DNA of 19,923 nt from Candidatus Thorarchaeota archaeon (GCA_048882385.1 JBHLRQ010000056.1:1-19923); one strand, 5' to 3'. Shown: positions 8,147 to 17,136, numbered from the stretch's first letter. The notes: generated by a model from the sequence alone, not told the origin. Translations and numbers: made by a program.

Positions 8147-9229
8147 CTACTGTGGTACCACATCAGGAATCCGGTCTGCGGCCTTTCGAGGAAGGATGAG
8201 TACAACAACCATTAGTGCAATTCCAACAATGCAGAATTGATAGTATGGTGTCGGATCCTGCCAAGGATTCCAGACATCAACAACCGTCTCTATTGAAAGG
8301 TCGACTACCGCATCTTGGGTAATCCGTCTGAGTCGGACTGTAAACTCAGTCAAGTTCTCTCTGGGGAGCTCAAATTGCAAAGGACATGGCGATACAAACG
8401 TGACCGTTTCGAGTTCTAGGCTCTCATTAACCCCCGCAGGGATGATTGTGATAGCCACTGGAACTTCATTAGTTGAGAAGTTGGCAATCTTGACAAAGGA
8501 GTCTGAATCTCCCAACTCCACAGACTCATTGAATTCGATGATAGGACTTGATGCATTCAACTCGAACTGGTGATTATGACCTTCTTGCATCAGTTCATGT
8601 TGTATAGGCTCATAATCATGATTGTATGTGTAGACCAAAAGTGGAGCTATGAGGAGAGCACTGATTACTATTACGAAGATTATTGCATATCCACGTACAT
8701 CTGGTCTAGAACCCCAATTCTTGGACACAGAATAGTATAGGGGGAAAGTGAGAATCAGAAAGACACTTGGTCCCATATTCAGGAAGTCAGTAGAAGAATA
8801 AGTACCCCTGAATCCGAATCTTGCTAGAACTTCCACTGACTCATTGCTATATCGCGTTATACGAACAGCGAGTATCACTGATTCCTCTAGTCTTTTGCCC
8901 ACCAAAAAGACGTCTCTAATCTCAGTAACATTCTGTATGATTGCACTGGGATTCTCAAAGTCGCTGTTCTCATATAGATTGATGATAACGGGAGAACCAT
9001 TTGTGGTGAGTTCTTCGATCATTATCTTATCTGCAAACGTAGGTGTGAAGTCATAGGTGGGAGATTCATCACTTAGGACAAAGAACTGATCATACTCATG
9101 AGTATAATTAACGGGATATGTGGGAGTATACAGGGTCGTGAATGGAGCTGCCGCAATTCCGATAAAACCGATTAGAATGACCAATGATAATCTTCTAGTT
9201 AGGACTAATGTCTTGTCAGAGCTCCCCAT
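8147..9229 (-). CDS. Hypothetical 4-TM membrane protein (360 aa) with two related extracytoplasmic beta-rich domains
   Basis: TM-domain-TM-TM-domain-TM layout with several NxS/T sequons. Internal similarity: FVLSDESP..F...IEELTTNGSPVII...VRITR vs FELNASSP..F...IANFSTNEVPVAI...VRLRR. Confidence 0.8.
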   Translation of the reverse strand: MGSSDKTLVLTRRLSLVILIGFIGIAAAPFTTLYTPTYPVNYTHEYDQFFVLSDESPTYDFTPTFADKIMIEELTTNGSPVIINLYENSDFENPSAIIQNVTEIRDVFLVGKRLEESVILAVRITRYSNESVEVLARFGFRGTYSSTDFLNMGPSVFLILTFPLYYSVSKNWGSRPDVRGYAIIFVIVISALLIAPLLVYTYNHDYEPIQHELMQEGHNHQFELNASSPIIEFNESVELGDSDSFVKIANFSTNEVPVAITIIPAGVNESLELETVTFVSPCPLQFELPRENLTEFTVRLRRITQDAVVDLSIETVVDVWNPWQDPTPYYQFCIVGIALMVVVLILPRKAADRIPDVVPQ

Positions 9230-9388
9230 AACTAATCATAGTTCATTTACATTATTGACCAATTAAGTTTCTTATTCGAGCGTTCAAACCTTACGAATGA
9301 CACATGAATCACGCCATGATTGAGGTATAATTCCGATACATGGGTAAGATTCAATACTCTAACCGAGTAAATACGACTGGTTGAATCA

Positions 9389-9721
9389 ATGGAACGAGGA
9401 TGGGAGCTAGAGGAAGATAGAAAATCTATGAGAAGCCATTGGTATAAGAACACGAAATATGGCGAGACCTATCATCCTGCTAGTCTATGGGGACGCCTGA
9501 TAGTCTTGGCCTGCCTTGTGGTCATGTTCATTCTATGGGTCACGGACATTGTTCCATACGCTCTGCAGCCAACTGTCATTGCATTACTGGTGATGTTCAT
9601 GATCGCAGGGTTTGTTCTCACCATCGTGGGATTCTTCAGGTATTATGGAAGAAATGCAATCATTTTCCTAGTAGTAGTGATTTCAGTTGCACTCATTATG
9701 ATTTGGTTCTCAATACCGTAA
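9389..9721 (+). CDS. Small 3-TM hypothetical membrane protein (110 aa), paralogue of 7774..8109
   Basis: Motif GETYHPASLWGRLIVLACLVVMF, with the same length and hydrophobicity pattern as the upstream paralogue. Confidence 0.8.
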   Translation: MERGWELEEDRKSMRSHWYKNTKYGETYHPASLWGRLIVLACLVVMFILWVTDIVPYALQPTVIALLVMFMIAGFVLTIVGFFRYYGRNAIIFLVVVISVALIMIWFSIP

Positions 9722-9736
9722 TCTACTGAGAACAAA

Positions 9737-10942
9737 TTAGGATTGAAAGTTGTCGGTAGAATAAGCCCCCACGGCTCTTGCGATCTCTTGGACCTCCTCA
9801 GGATGTCCAAATAGCGCACAAGGTGTGTCCTCGTTCGTGAGGAGATGCTCATTCTCACGGATTGTTGTGAACAGAGGGCTTGCTAGGCCATCCCTGAAAG
9901 ATGAAGTGGACAGGTTGTGGGTCGCAAGGTTCGAAACCGGACATGCAGTGAGGTCTCCCTGAGGAGTCACATGAGCAAACCCTCGACCTGCAGAAACGCA
10001 ACCACCGAAGTAGTCTTCGTCACCAGGCGAGTGAATTACATAGAGAGAGTTTTTCTTCCGATACTCAAGAACACGAGCGCGGAACTCAGCACGTTCTTCA
10101 GGGCTCAGCATCAGGGACTTGTCATAAGACCCACAGGAATCTCCTGTAAGGTTTTCAGCCATAACTGGGATGTATTCGATGAATACACTCACCAGAACTC
10201 CGAGCTTTACATAGTGGTCAAGGTTCTCCTTCTGCATCCAATATTGATAGTTCCGATTGGTGATTGTCACTGAGATGCCAGTAGGAACTCCTGAGGACTT
10301 CAGCTTGGACAGGGTCTCGAGAGCCTTTCGGTGGACTCCTTTACCTCTCCTAAAATCAGTCTGGTCCTCACTTCCCTCAACACTAACAATCACTGCGACA
10401 TTCTTTGTTGAACGTAACCGTTCGTGATCATTGCGTGTGAGGGCTGTCCCGTTGCTCAGGATGATGAAGAAGCGGTCCTTGAAGGACTCACACAGTTCGA
10501 GAAGACCACGGAACAGAAAGGGTTCACCACCAGCGATGATGAATCCAAAGACTCCCTGTTCAGCAGCGTCTCTGATGATGCTATACCACTGCTTCCAATC
10601 AAGTGTTGGTCGCTTCTCAGAACAGTCTGTTCTGGTCATGGTATCCAGGGTGCCCACAGCAGCAGCATAGCATCCGGCACAACTTAGGTTACACTTCGAT
10701 GTGATACTCAGGATCAGGAAAGGAGGAACTTTGAGTCCCACACTTTCGGCCTCTCTTCGAAGTCTCTCAGTCTTCTTGTAAGACCGGGCAAGTCTGATTC
10801 CAGCCCTAAGGTACCTTGGGTTACGAAGGACCCAGGGTACAAAGAGCTTCGTCATGTTGGGATCCAGTCCATCAAGGACGTTTCCCATGAGTCCGGGTGT
10901 AGGTATTCCATTAGCGTGCTTCTTGACTGTTGTTGTTATCAT
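9737..10942 (-). CDS. Radical SAM protein with C-terminal SPASM/twitch-like domain (COG0535-like)
   Basis: CxxxCxxC motif CNLSCAGC, GGEP motif, SNGT, and C-terminal GCVSAGRGFAHVTPQGDLTACP...C. GTGTGA RBS-like sequence upstream. Confidence 0.92.
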   Translation of the reverse strand: MITTTVKKHANGIPTPGLMGNVLDGLDPNMTKLFVPWVLRNPRYLRAGIRLARSYKKTERLRREAESVGLKVPPFLILSITSKCNLSCAGCYAAAVGTLDTMTRTDCSEKRPTLDWKQWYSIIRDAAEQGVFGFIIAGGEPFLFRGLLELCESFKDRFFIILSNGTALTRNDHERLRSTKNVAVIVSVEGSEDQTDFRRGKGVHRKALETLSKLKSSGVPTGISVTITNRNYQYWMQKENLDHYVKLGVLVSVFIEYIPVMAENLTGDSCGSYDKSLMLSPEERAEFRARVLEYRKKNSLYVIHSPGDEDYFGGCVSAGRGFAHVTPQGDLTACPVSNLATHNLSTSSFRDGLASPLFTTIRENEHLLTNEDTPCALFGHPEEVQEIARAVGAYSTDNFQS

Positions 10943-10959
10943 TGTGTATCACACTTGGT

Positions 10960-11079
10960 GGCGGCGCGTATGCTATTCTTTGTGTCAAAAGTATATAAGA
11001 TGTTTGGTAAGCGCCAAACGTTACAATAAGTGCCAAACGTTTAAATATCTTCAAAATTAGATAGAGGATACGCGCCGCC
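10960..11079. promoter_or_regulatory. Symmetric divergent promoter region bounded by 12-bp perfect inverted repeats
   Basis: GGCGGCGCGTAT (10960-10971) and ATACGCGCCGCC (11068-11079). TATA-like boxes CTTATATA (minus, 10992-10999) and TTTAAATA (plus, 11040-11047) each lie exactly 20 nt from the nearer repeat. Confidence 0.75.
11002..11041. promoter_or_regulatory. Putative transcription-factor operator (palindrome plus direct repeat)
   Basis: GTTTGG-N6-CCAAAC at 11002-11019. TAAGYGCCAAACGTT occurs twice, at 11008-11022 and 11027-11041 (14/15 identical). Confidence 0.65.
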
Positions 11080-11110
11080 CATGTTTTACATATGGGGGAG
11101 ATGAAAGTCA

Positions 11111-11602
11111 ATGAAAAAGGTACTAATCCTATATGATACAATGTTTGGGAATACTAGAAAACTCGCACTTGAGCTCGCCACAGGAATCCAACAAATCGAA
11201 GGTATCACAACCAAGGTTGGCAATGGAGATACCCTTGAGAAAGAAGAACTCTCAAAGTATGATGCAGTCCTCTTCGGTGGCCCCACTCGTGCCTTCAAAG
11301 CTACACGAGGTGCTATGAACACCATAAAGGTAGCAGGGAAAATCGGACTCGCTGGGAAGGTCGTTTCAACCTTTGGCACATTTATGGCAGGGAATGAGTC
11401 CAGAGGTGTGAAAGGAATGGACAAGAAGCTCCGTAAGCTCGCACGTGATGCCAAAGTGATCAGTCCAGGTTTCTCGGCCAAGGTCGAAAGTCCCAAAGGA
11501 CCAATCAAAGCTGAAGAGATTCCTAAGGCTCATGAGTGGGCAAGAAGATTTGGACGAGAGGTTCTCGAGCACACTCCTCAGACTCTAGTACAAATAGCAT
11601 AG
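11111..11602 (+). CDS. Flavodoxin-family protein (FMN-binding)
   Basis: N-terminal FMN phosphate loop LILYDTMFGNTRKLA, plus YDAVLFGGPT and GKVVSTFGT motifs. 163 aa. Confidence 0.9.
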   Translation: MKKVLILYDTMFGNTRKLALELATGIQQIEGITTKVGNGDTLEKEELSKYDAVLFGGPTRAFKATRGAMNTIKVAGKIGLAGKVVSTFGTFMAGNESRGVKGMDKKLRKLARDAKVISPGFSAKVESPKGPIKAEEIPKAHEWARRFGREVLEHTPQTLVQIA

Positions 11603-11629
11603 ACCCTTGAATCACATTACTTAAGGGTC
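11602..11629 (+). terminator. Hairpin immediately after the flavodoxin stop (possible terminator, processing site or operator)
   Basis: GACCCTTGA-N10-TTAAGGGTC forms a 9-bp stem with one G-U pair. There is no U-tract, and it overlaps a TATA-like TTACTTAAG upstream of the next gene. Confidence 0.35.
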
Positions 11630-11651
11630 AGGATAATTTGCAGAGGGGGCT

Positions 11652-12341
11652 ATGTCACTAGAACTCTATAGTGCGGCCTTCTGGGTCGTAGCAATAATCT
11701 CAATATTCCTTCAGGACAGAAAGGCAGAGTCCGGAGATACAAAGGTCGCCTCTGTAACCACTGTGGTCAAGTTCATACCTGCACTGTTGGCGGTCGTCTT
11801 TGCTGTAATCCACCGAACGCCGACAATGTTCACACTTCTGCTTGCAGCAGCCTTGGTATTCTGTATGCTGGGAGACATAGGAATGGAGATAGATCTCGTT
11901 CCTGGAATTGGAATGTTTCTGCTAGCTCACATCCTGTACACAACCAACTTTCTGTGGCATTCTATTGTTGCAGGGCTGATGATGACTCCTATACTGTTGG
12001 GTATGGGATGCATGATTCTTGGTGTGGTCTTCGTCATCTTGTTCATCAGATATTTACGTGCTGATGGACCTGAGATACCACCATTTATCCTTCGGGCGGG
12101 TTCACTCTACTTTATCATAATATGCGCGACTCTAAGCACCTCCCTGCTCCTCTGGCAGGCGGCTCCAGCTTCACTTGGGTATCTCCCTGTGCTTGGGGCA
12201 CTCATATTCATCATATCGGACTCTTTCATCGCTGTGAACGAGTTTCGTCGCAAGATACCTCGTCATGAGTTCTACATAATGCCGACCTATTACATCGCAA
12301 TATTCCTACTGTCACTCAGTGTGTTTGTGTATGGGTTGTAG
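11652..12341 (+). CDS. YhhN/TMEM86 family (lysoplasmalogenase-like) membrane protein
   Basis: About 8 TM helices with family motifs KxxP, LGDIGM, FLLAHILY, FIISDSF and TYY. Confidence 0.85.
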   Translation: MSLELYSAAFWVVAIISIFLQDRKAESGDTKVASVTTVVKFIPALLAVVFAVIHRTPTMFTLLLAAALVFCMLGDIGMEIDLVPGIGMFLLAHILYTTNFLWHSIVAGLMMTPILLGMGCMILGVVFVILFIRYLRADGPEIPPFILRAGSLYFIIICATLSTSLLLWQAAPASLGYLPVLGALIFIISDSFIAVNEFRRKIPRHEFYIMPTYYIAIFLLSLSVFVYGL

Positions 12342-12437
12342 TTCTAGACTGAAATAGCGTTCCTATATCAAATTGGACATCATACAAGTAGCAAAGTTTG
12401 ATAAGAACATTAGCTAAACGTGCCGGAGGGAACACGA

Positions 12438-13694
12438 TTGAACACTGATGAGCTACTGGAAGCAATTGATGACAAACTTTCGAAGTTAAATTCTCCAGTT
12501 GAGATTCAACCAGAGAGCATACGTCCAGTAGCGATAATGACCAGGGAAAGAAGGCAGCTAGGAGACCTAGAGAAGGAATTCCAACAAGTACTCGACATGA
12601 TAAAGTACGACGAACGCGTTCCAGGACTCATTACAAGACTGGCTGACGTGCATCTGCGAGAAGCCAATTACGGTCGCGCCATAATCCTCTATGAGATATC
12701 TCTTGGACTTGATAGCGACCAAGTTGGGGCATGGATCCATATGGGTCTTGCATACTTGTTAGTGGGAGACCCAATGGATGCAATCAGTTGCTTGGGTAGC
12801 GCACTTGCTATTGAACCAAACAACACTCTTGCACTAGTTTATCTCGCAAGCGCAGAACTAAGGCGAGGAGAACTGGACAAGTGTAATGAGAACCTAGACA
12901 GAGTTCTTCAGCTTGATCCAAACATGTCTAGAGCGATGCTAGTCAAAGGGAAGTATTTTCGAAAGAATGGAGAGCCAGAACTCGCGGTGACTTGGTTGAG
13001 ACGAGCAATAGCAATGGACCCACAATTTCTACCTGCTCTCATGGAGTTGGGACAGGTGTATCATTCTCTAAAGAGATATGATGAAGCGATTGAAACGCTA
13101 AACAAAGCCATAGCACTTGATAGTGAACAAGCATATGCTCTGGCTGCGATGGGAGATGTTTATTCAGACCAACATGACCTTGAATCTGCACTCTATTACT
13201 ACGACAAAGCAGTCAGCATAAAATTCGATGACCCCGAACTCTGGATCAAAAAAGGAGACATCCACAAGTTCCTGAAATCGTATCAACAAGCAGCAAATGC
13301 CTATCAGAAGGCAATCAATGCAAACCCCGAACATGTTAGAGCTTGGGTTAAGAATGGTGCAGTTATGCTTCTACTAAATGATGAAGGTACAGCTCTTGAG
13401 TACCTCAATACAGCACTTGCGCTTGAACCAAACAACGCAGAGGTGGCTCATCAACGCGGACTAATCTACTACTCGTTAGAGAGATATGATGAGGCTTTAA
13501 CCGATTTTGATGCTGCTTTTGCTGTAGATCCGTCGAATCCCATGCACCTCTACTATCGAGCAATGATGCTGGAATTCCTGGAAAAAAAACCGGATGCAAA
13601 ACGAACCTGGCAGGTGGCTATCAAGCTTTTTGAAGAGATGGGTGATGAAACAAAGGTTGCAGAGTGTTCTGCACGGATGAAGCGTCTGACGTGA
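12438..13694 (+). CDS. Tetratricopeptide repeat protein (about 10 TPRs)
   Basis: 34-aa periodic motifs (AWIHMGLAY...A...EP, ALMELGQVY...A...LD, AWVKNGAV...ALALEP). TTG 12438 has GGAGG 8 nt upstream and is preferred over GTG 12420. Confidence 0.9.
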   Translation: MNTDELLEAIDDKLSKLNSPVEIQPESIRPVAIMTRERRQLGDLEKEFQQVLDMIKYDERVPGLITRLADVHLREANYGRAIILYEISLGLDSDQVGAWIHMGLAYLLVGDPMDAISCLGSALAIEPNNTLALVYLASAELRRGELDKCNENLDRVLQLDPNMSRAMLVKGKYFRKNGEPELAVTWLRRAIAMDPQFLPALMELGQVYHSLKRYDEAIETLNKAIALDSEQAYALAAMGDVYSDQHDLESALYYYDKAVSIKFDDPELWIKKGDIHKFLKSYQQAANAYQKAINANPEHVRAWVKNGAVMLLLNDEGTALEYLNTALALEPNNAEVAHQRGLIYYSLERYDEALTDFDAAFAVDPSNPMHLYYRAMMLEFLEKKPDAKRTWQVAIKLFEEMGDETKVAECSARMKRLT

Positions 13695-13696
13695 GC

Positions 13697-16600
13697 CTAC
13701 TCTATCACTTCAGGCAGATCACTCAATATTTCCACAGTATCAACACTGTCTGAGATCACCAAATAGCCTGCAAGACTTGTACTCTCGTCTACCTTAAGTG
13801 CACGTCGTTCACGTAGTCCAAAGATTTGCGCCTTTTCGGAGAGTGTATCAATGTAGACCGTTTCATCCCACTTGTACGCTGAGATGATCCCAAGAACAGT
13901 ACTATCATTAGGACTCTCATACGCCCCCCAACTTGAGCGTCCTGCGAAAAGATCGACACCAATGGTGGTGGGTTCATAGACTAGTCTCTTTCGCTCCTTG
14001 ACTGTGTGGACCCTACTACATGGATTACCACCAGGCATTGGAATTCCTCTGAAACCCAATAGTGGCTTGTTCCACTGCTTGCTCGTGTTTGTGAGCGAGA
14101 TTTGTATATACAAGAGGGGTGTTCCAGGTAGTATGAGATACTGAGCTGTGGCTTTCAAGCCATTTAGACCGGGACTGTGTGTTAGAGTCGTTGCAGCTTT
14201 GAAACCAACCCATGGACCAATCTGATCATTCGAAACATCCCATGTTTCCTCTTGGAGTGCAGACTCCCAATCCCATACATCGAGTCCGATGAGCATAGGA
14301 TTAAGACCACTGTAAACTTTATTCATCCAGACGAAGGGACCAACTTCAGGAAATGTGTCATAGAGAACACTACTTTTTCCTTCTTTCCCATATTTGACCA
14401 GACTTCCACCCTGTTCGGGGCAAGTACCAATGTAATAACCTCCAGTGCTTAATGAGTGGAGTGTAGCATTTTCTGCCTTGGTGACATGCCGTTCGACTTC
14501 GAGAGTGGAATCAAAAACTACTGCAGATAGGGACTTCCGATAGATCCGTGACTTGAAACGAATCTCAATCTCACCATTTCCACGAAACCAAGAGCCATCC
14601 TCTGAAGCTTTGATCCTCAATGGATGAGAGAAGGGTTTGTCCAGCCCAACCTCATCGACCCTCATCTCAACCTCTCTATTACCGTTGGTAGTTATGCCAT
14701 CGGGCAGTGTCAGACGAATATCTGCATCTAGAGGGGTCTCATGAATAAGTCGCAGACGGAGTTCATACTCGCTTTCCTTTGAACGATCGACAAGAATCGG
14801 ACTTGGAGTTTTCCTACGATACTTGTTCTTCTTGGGGGATATCTCTACTTCAATGTCTGACCGTAGGTCGATAATCTCTGTATCTGGTTCATCTTTTCCG
14901 TTGAGCTTTCGATAGAGTGCTCGTACTTTACGCCAATCACCATCTCCGAGATACATTCTATGAGCAGTCTTCGTTAGATTTTCGCCAGGTTCGAGGTCAG
15001 GCAATCTATATTCAGCTCTAGTGACGTCCCATCCTCTCATGACTTTCAGCTCTTCTGCATGTTCAGATTCCCAGAGGTATCCAAGCAACAATCTCTCTTG
15101 ATGGCGGTGCATTGCAATCCAAGACTCATGATAGTCCTTTGCAGATTTGGGAAGCTGCCTCCAGCCGCCCCAGTCAATCGAGTCCAGGTTGTAGATTTCT
15201 CCTCGCAAGGGTACAAAACCTTGATCGAACACTCCTCCAAACCACCCCACGGTTCTGAGTCCGAGATTGTCGATTTTGGATTCACCAGCGTTCTCAAGTT
15301 CTGATATAGTTTCAAGAATGTTGATACCAGAATGCAATCGATATGTTAGCGTCTGATGTAGTCCGGGTCGTTCTTGAAAATCGCCCATCAGCTTAACTTC
15401 TGCATATTCGTTAGATGACTTCAGTTCAATCTTAGGAGTGAGCCTGCTCCACTCATCCCCTCCTGATGGAAACGGATATCCAATTTCAATACCTAAAATT
15501 CGCCAACCGCCTAGACTCCTGTTCAACGGTTTGTAAGTTAAAGAACGAAATCCCGTAGCGGGTCGATCATTCATGACTGCGCGGATGCTCTCAGTTTCAA
15601 GAACTATTCGTTCATCCATACTCTTGTAGACCACTGCACCTTTCACGCCTATAGCAGGAATGTTGAACTTCTTTGAACTGACCCTAACAGGTTTTCCTTT
15701 GTAATCTAGATCGAGTGTGTAATCGATGGATATTAGATTTCCATTAAAGTTCTCGCTGGATATCGTGACCTGTTCTTCAATAACTTCACTAGGTTCCAAC
15801 TCAAAATTGAATCTCTCAGGAATGATTCTAACACCCTTGGGGGGTGCTAGACTAATTTCGCCCTGCAGTTTCTTACCTGTATTGTTGCGTGCTCCAAGAC
15901 CTATTGTGCTTGATCCAACCTTTGAGATAGATGGATAGACAGGTCCAGGAGTTACGGTCACAGCCTCAATAGGGATGAGTCCACTATAGAGTGAGATTGA
16001 GTCTTTACCTATCGTGAGAACCCACTCAGCAAAGGTTGCAACCTTCTCATCTGCATTTGTTTCACGATTAATAGGACGTGCAGAATTAGAGAGGGAGTAG
16101 AGTCCGGTAGTTGTAAACGACTCTCCCGAATCTATTTTTCCAGTTGTTTCTCCTTCTATCTGGAAAACAATATCCTTCTCGGGTTTAACGTCAACTGAGA
16201 ACTCTAGCACCTGTTCAAGATTGTTCTGAATTGTCAGCTCAACAGGATATTGATCATATCCTATGTACGCAGTATGATTCTTTGGCTGAACACTCGCTGA
16301 AACCGTATTTCCATCAAGTGTTAATCGGAATGCACAGATTCCCTTTGCTTCCCGATCGACTTTGATGTCAAGAGAGTCACCATTCTCACCCTCAAACTTG
16401 TACGTGAAGATTCCAATCCCATCTTCAACCACATCATCAGGTTCTTGCTCGATTTCTCGTTTATACGAGTCATACCAACCATATCTTTTGAAGAAAGGTC
16501 TGAACATGTCAGTCATTAGAATTGCAGGGATATGCGACTCCATTAGCACTCTTGTGCCTGGAACCCAGTTGTATCCAGTACGCTTGTACAGAGGAAGTGC

Positions 16601-17002
16601 CTTGAGATTTCCCGCCCAGGTGTGCAAATCTATTCTTCGTTTTCCTGCATCGGCTGCAGTTTGGGCCGCCTCAATCAAGAGCGCTTTCCCAAATCCTTTC
16701 CCTTGGTATTTTGGATTTACGCCTAAGAGTCCAACATAGGCGGCTTCTTTGTCTAGTGTAGCATGACAAACATTGCATTCTCCAACAATCTTGTCATCAG
16801 TGTAGGCAACAAGGTCACGTATGTCTTTCTTCTTCTTCTTATCATCGAATACGCGCTCCGCAGTGAAAGGGGTACCATGAGTAAAACCATCAGGCCAACT
16901 ATCTGAGTCATCAAACGAGTTCAGGCATTCAGCTAGTCTGCCAGCATCATCTAATGTCAACTGGAAATCGCGGACCTTACCTCGTGTATACTTGTCACTC
17001 AA
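13697..17002 (-). CDS. Large GNAT-family N-acetyltransferase fusion protein (1101 aa)
   Basis: N-terminal GNAT domain with acetyl-CoA motif VNPKYQGKGFGKALL and NLKALPLYKRTGY, followed by about 900 aa of beta-rich sequence. TTG start with GGAGG upstream. Confidence 0.88.
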   Translation of the reverse strand: MSDKYTRGKVRDFQLTLDDAGRLAECLNSFDDSDSWPDGFTHGTPFTAERVFDDKKKKKDIRDLVAYTDDKIVGECNVCHATLDKEAAYVGLLGVNPKYQGKGFGKALLIEAAQTAADAGKRRIDLHTWAGNLKALPLYKRTGYNWVPGTRVLMESHIPAILMTDMFRPFFKRYGWYDSYKREIEQEPDDVVEDGIGIFTYKFEGENGDSLDIKVDREAKGICAFRLTLDGNTVSASVQPKNHTAYIGYDQYPVELTIQNNLEQVLEFSVDVKPEKDIVFQIEGETTGKIDSGESFTTTGLYSLSNSARPINRETNADEKVATFAEWVLTIGKDSISLYSGLIPIEAVTVTPGPVYPSISKVGSSTIGLGARNNTGKKLQGEISLAPPKGVRIIPERFNFELEPSEVIEEQVTISSENFNGNLISIDYTLDLDYKGKPVRVSSKKFNIPAIGVKGAVVYKSMDERIVLETESIRAVMNDRPATGFRSLTYKPLNRSLGGWRILGIEIGYPFPSGGDEWSRLTPKIELKSSNEYAEVKLMGDFQERPGLHQTLTYRLHSGINILETISELENAGESKIDNLGLRTVGWFGGVFDQGFVPLRGEIYNLDSIDWGGWRQLPKSAKDYHESWIAMHRHQERLLLGYLWESEHAEELKVMRGWDVTRAEYRLPDLEPGENLTKTAHRMYLGDGDWRKVRALYRKLNGKDEPDTEIIDLRSDIEVEISPKKNKYRRKTPSPILVDRSKESEYELRLRLIHETPLDADIRLTLPDGITTNGNREVEMRVDEVGLDKPFSHPLRIKASEDGSWFRGNGEIEIRFKSRIYRKSLSAVVFDSTLEVERHVTKAENATLHSLSTGGYYIGTCPEQGGSLVKYGKEGKSSVLYDTFPEVGPFVWMNKVYSGLNPMLIGLDVWDWESALQEETWDVSNDQIGPWVGFKAATTLTHSPGLNGLKATAQYLILPGTPLLYIQISLTNTSKQWNKPLLGFRGIPMPGGNPCSRVHTVKERKRLVYEPTTIGVDLFAGRSSWGAYESPNDSTVLGIISAYKWDETVYIDTLSEKAQIFGLRERRALKVDESTSLAGYLVISDSVDTVEILSDLPEVIE

Positions 17003-17136
17003 TCTGATTGCCTCCTAGGAAAAGCGCAATCTCCCCGCTCTGGCAGTTCCTAATAAGGAATGCGAAAAACGCGATTATCGTTTATTATTTGAATTTAACA
17101 AAACAGTTTTTGAGTGCTAATAAATAAGACACAAGC

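Noticed and set aside
13582-13589. A8 homopolymer in the TPR gene as a phase-variation or frameshift site
   Set aside because: It is short, the frame is intact, and it is explained by Glu-Lys-Lys codons.
17040-17112. Short palindromes upstream of the GNAT gene (TTCCT-N4-AGGAA, AAACG-N7-CGTTT)
   Set aside because: 5-bp arms in AT-rich DNA are expected by chance, and no repeated motif supports them.
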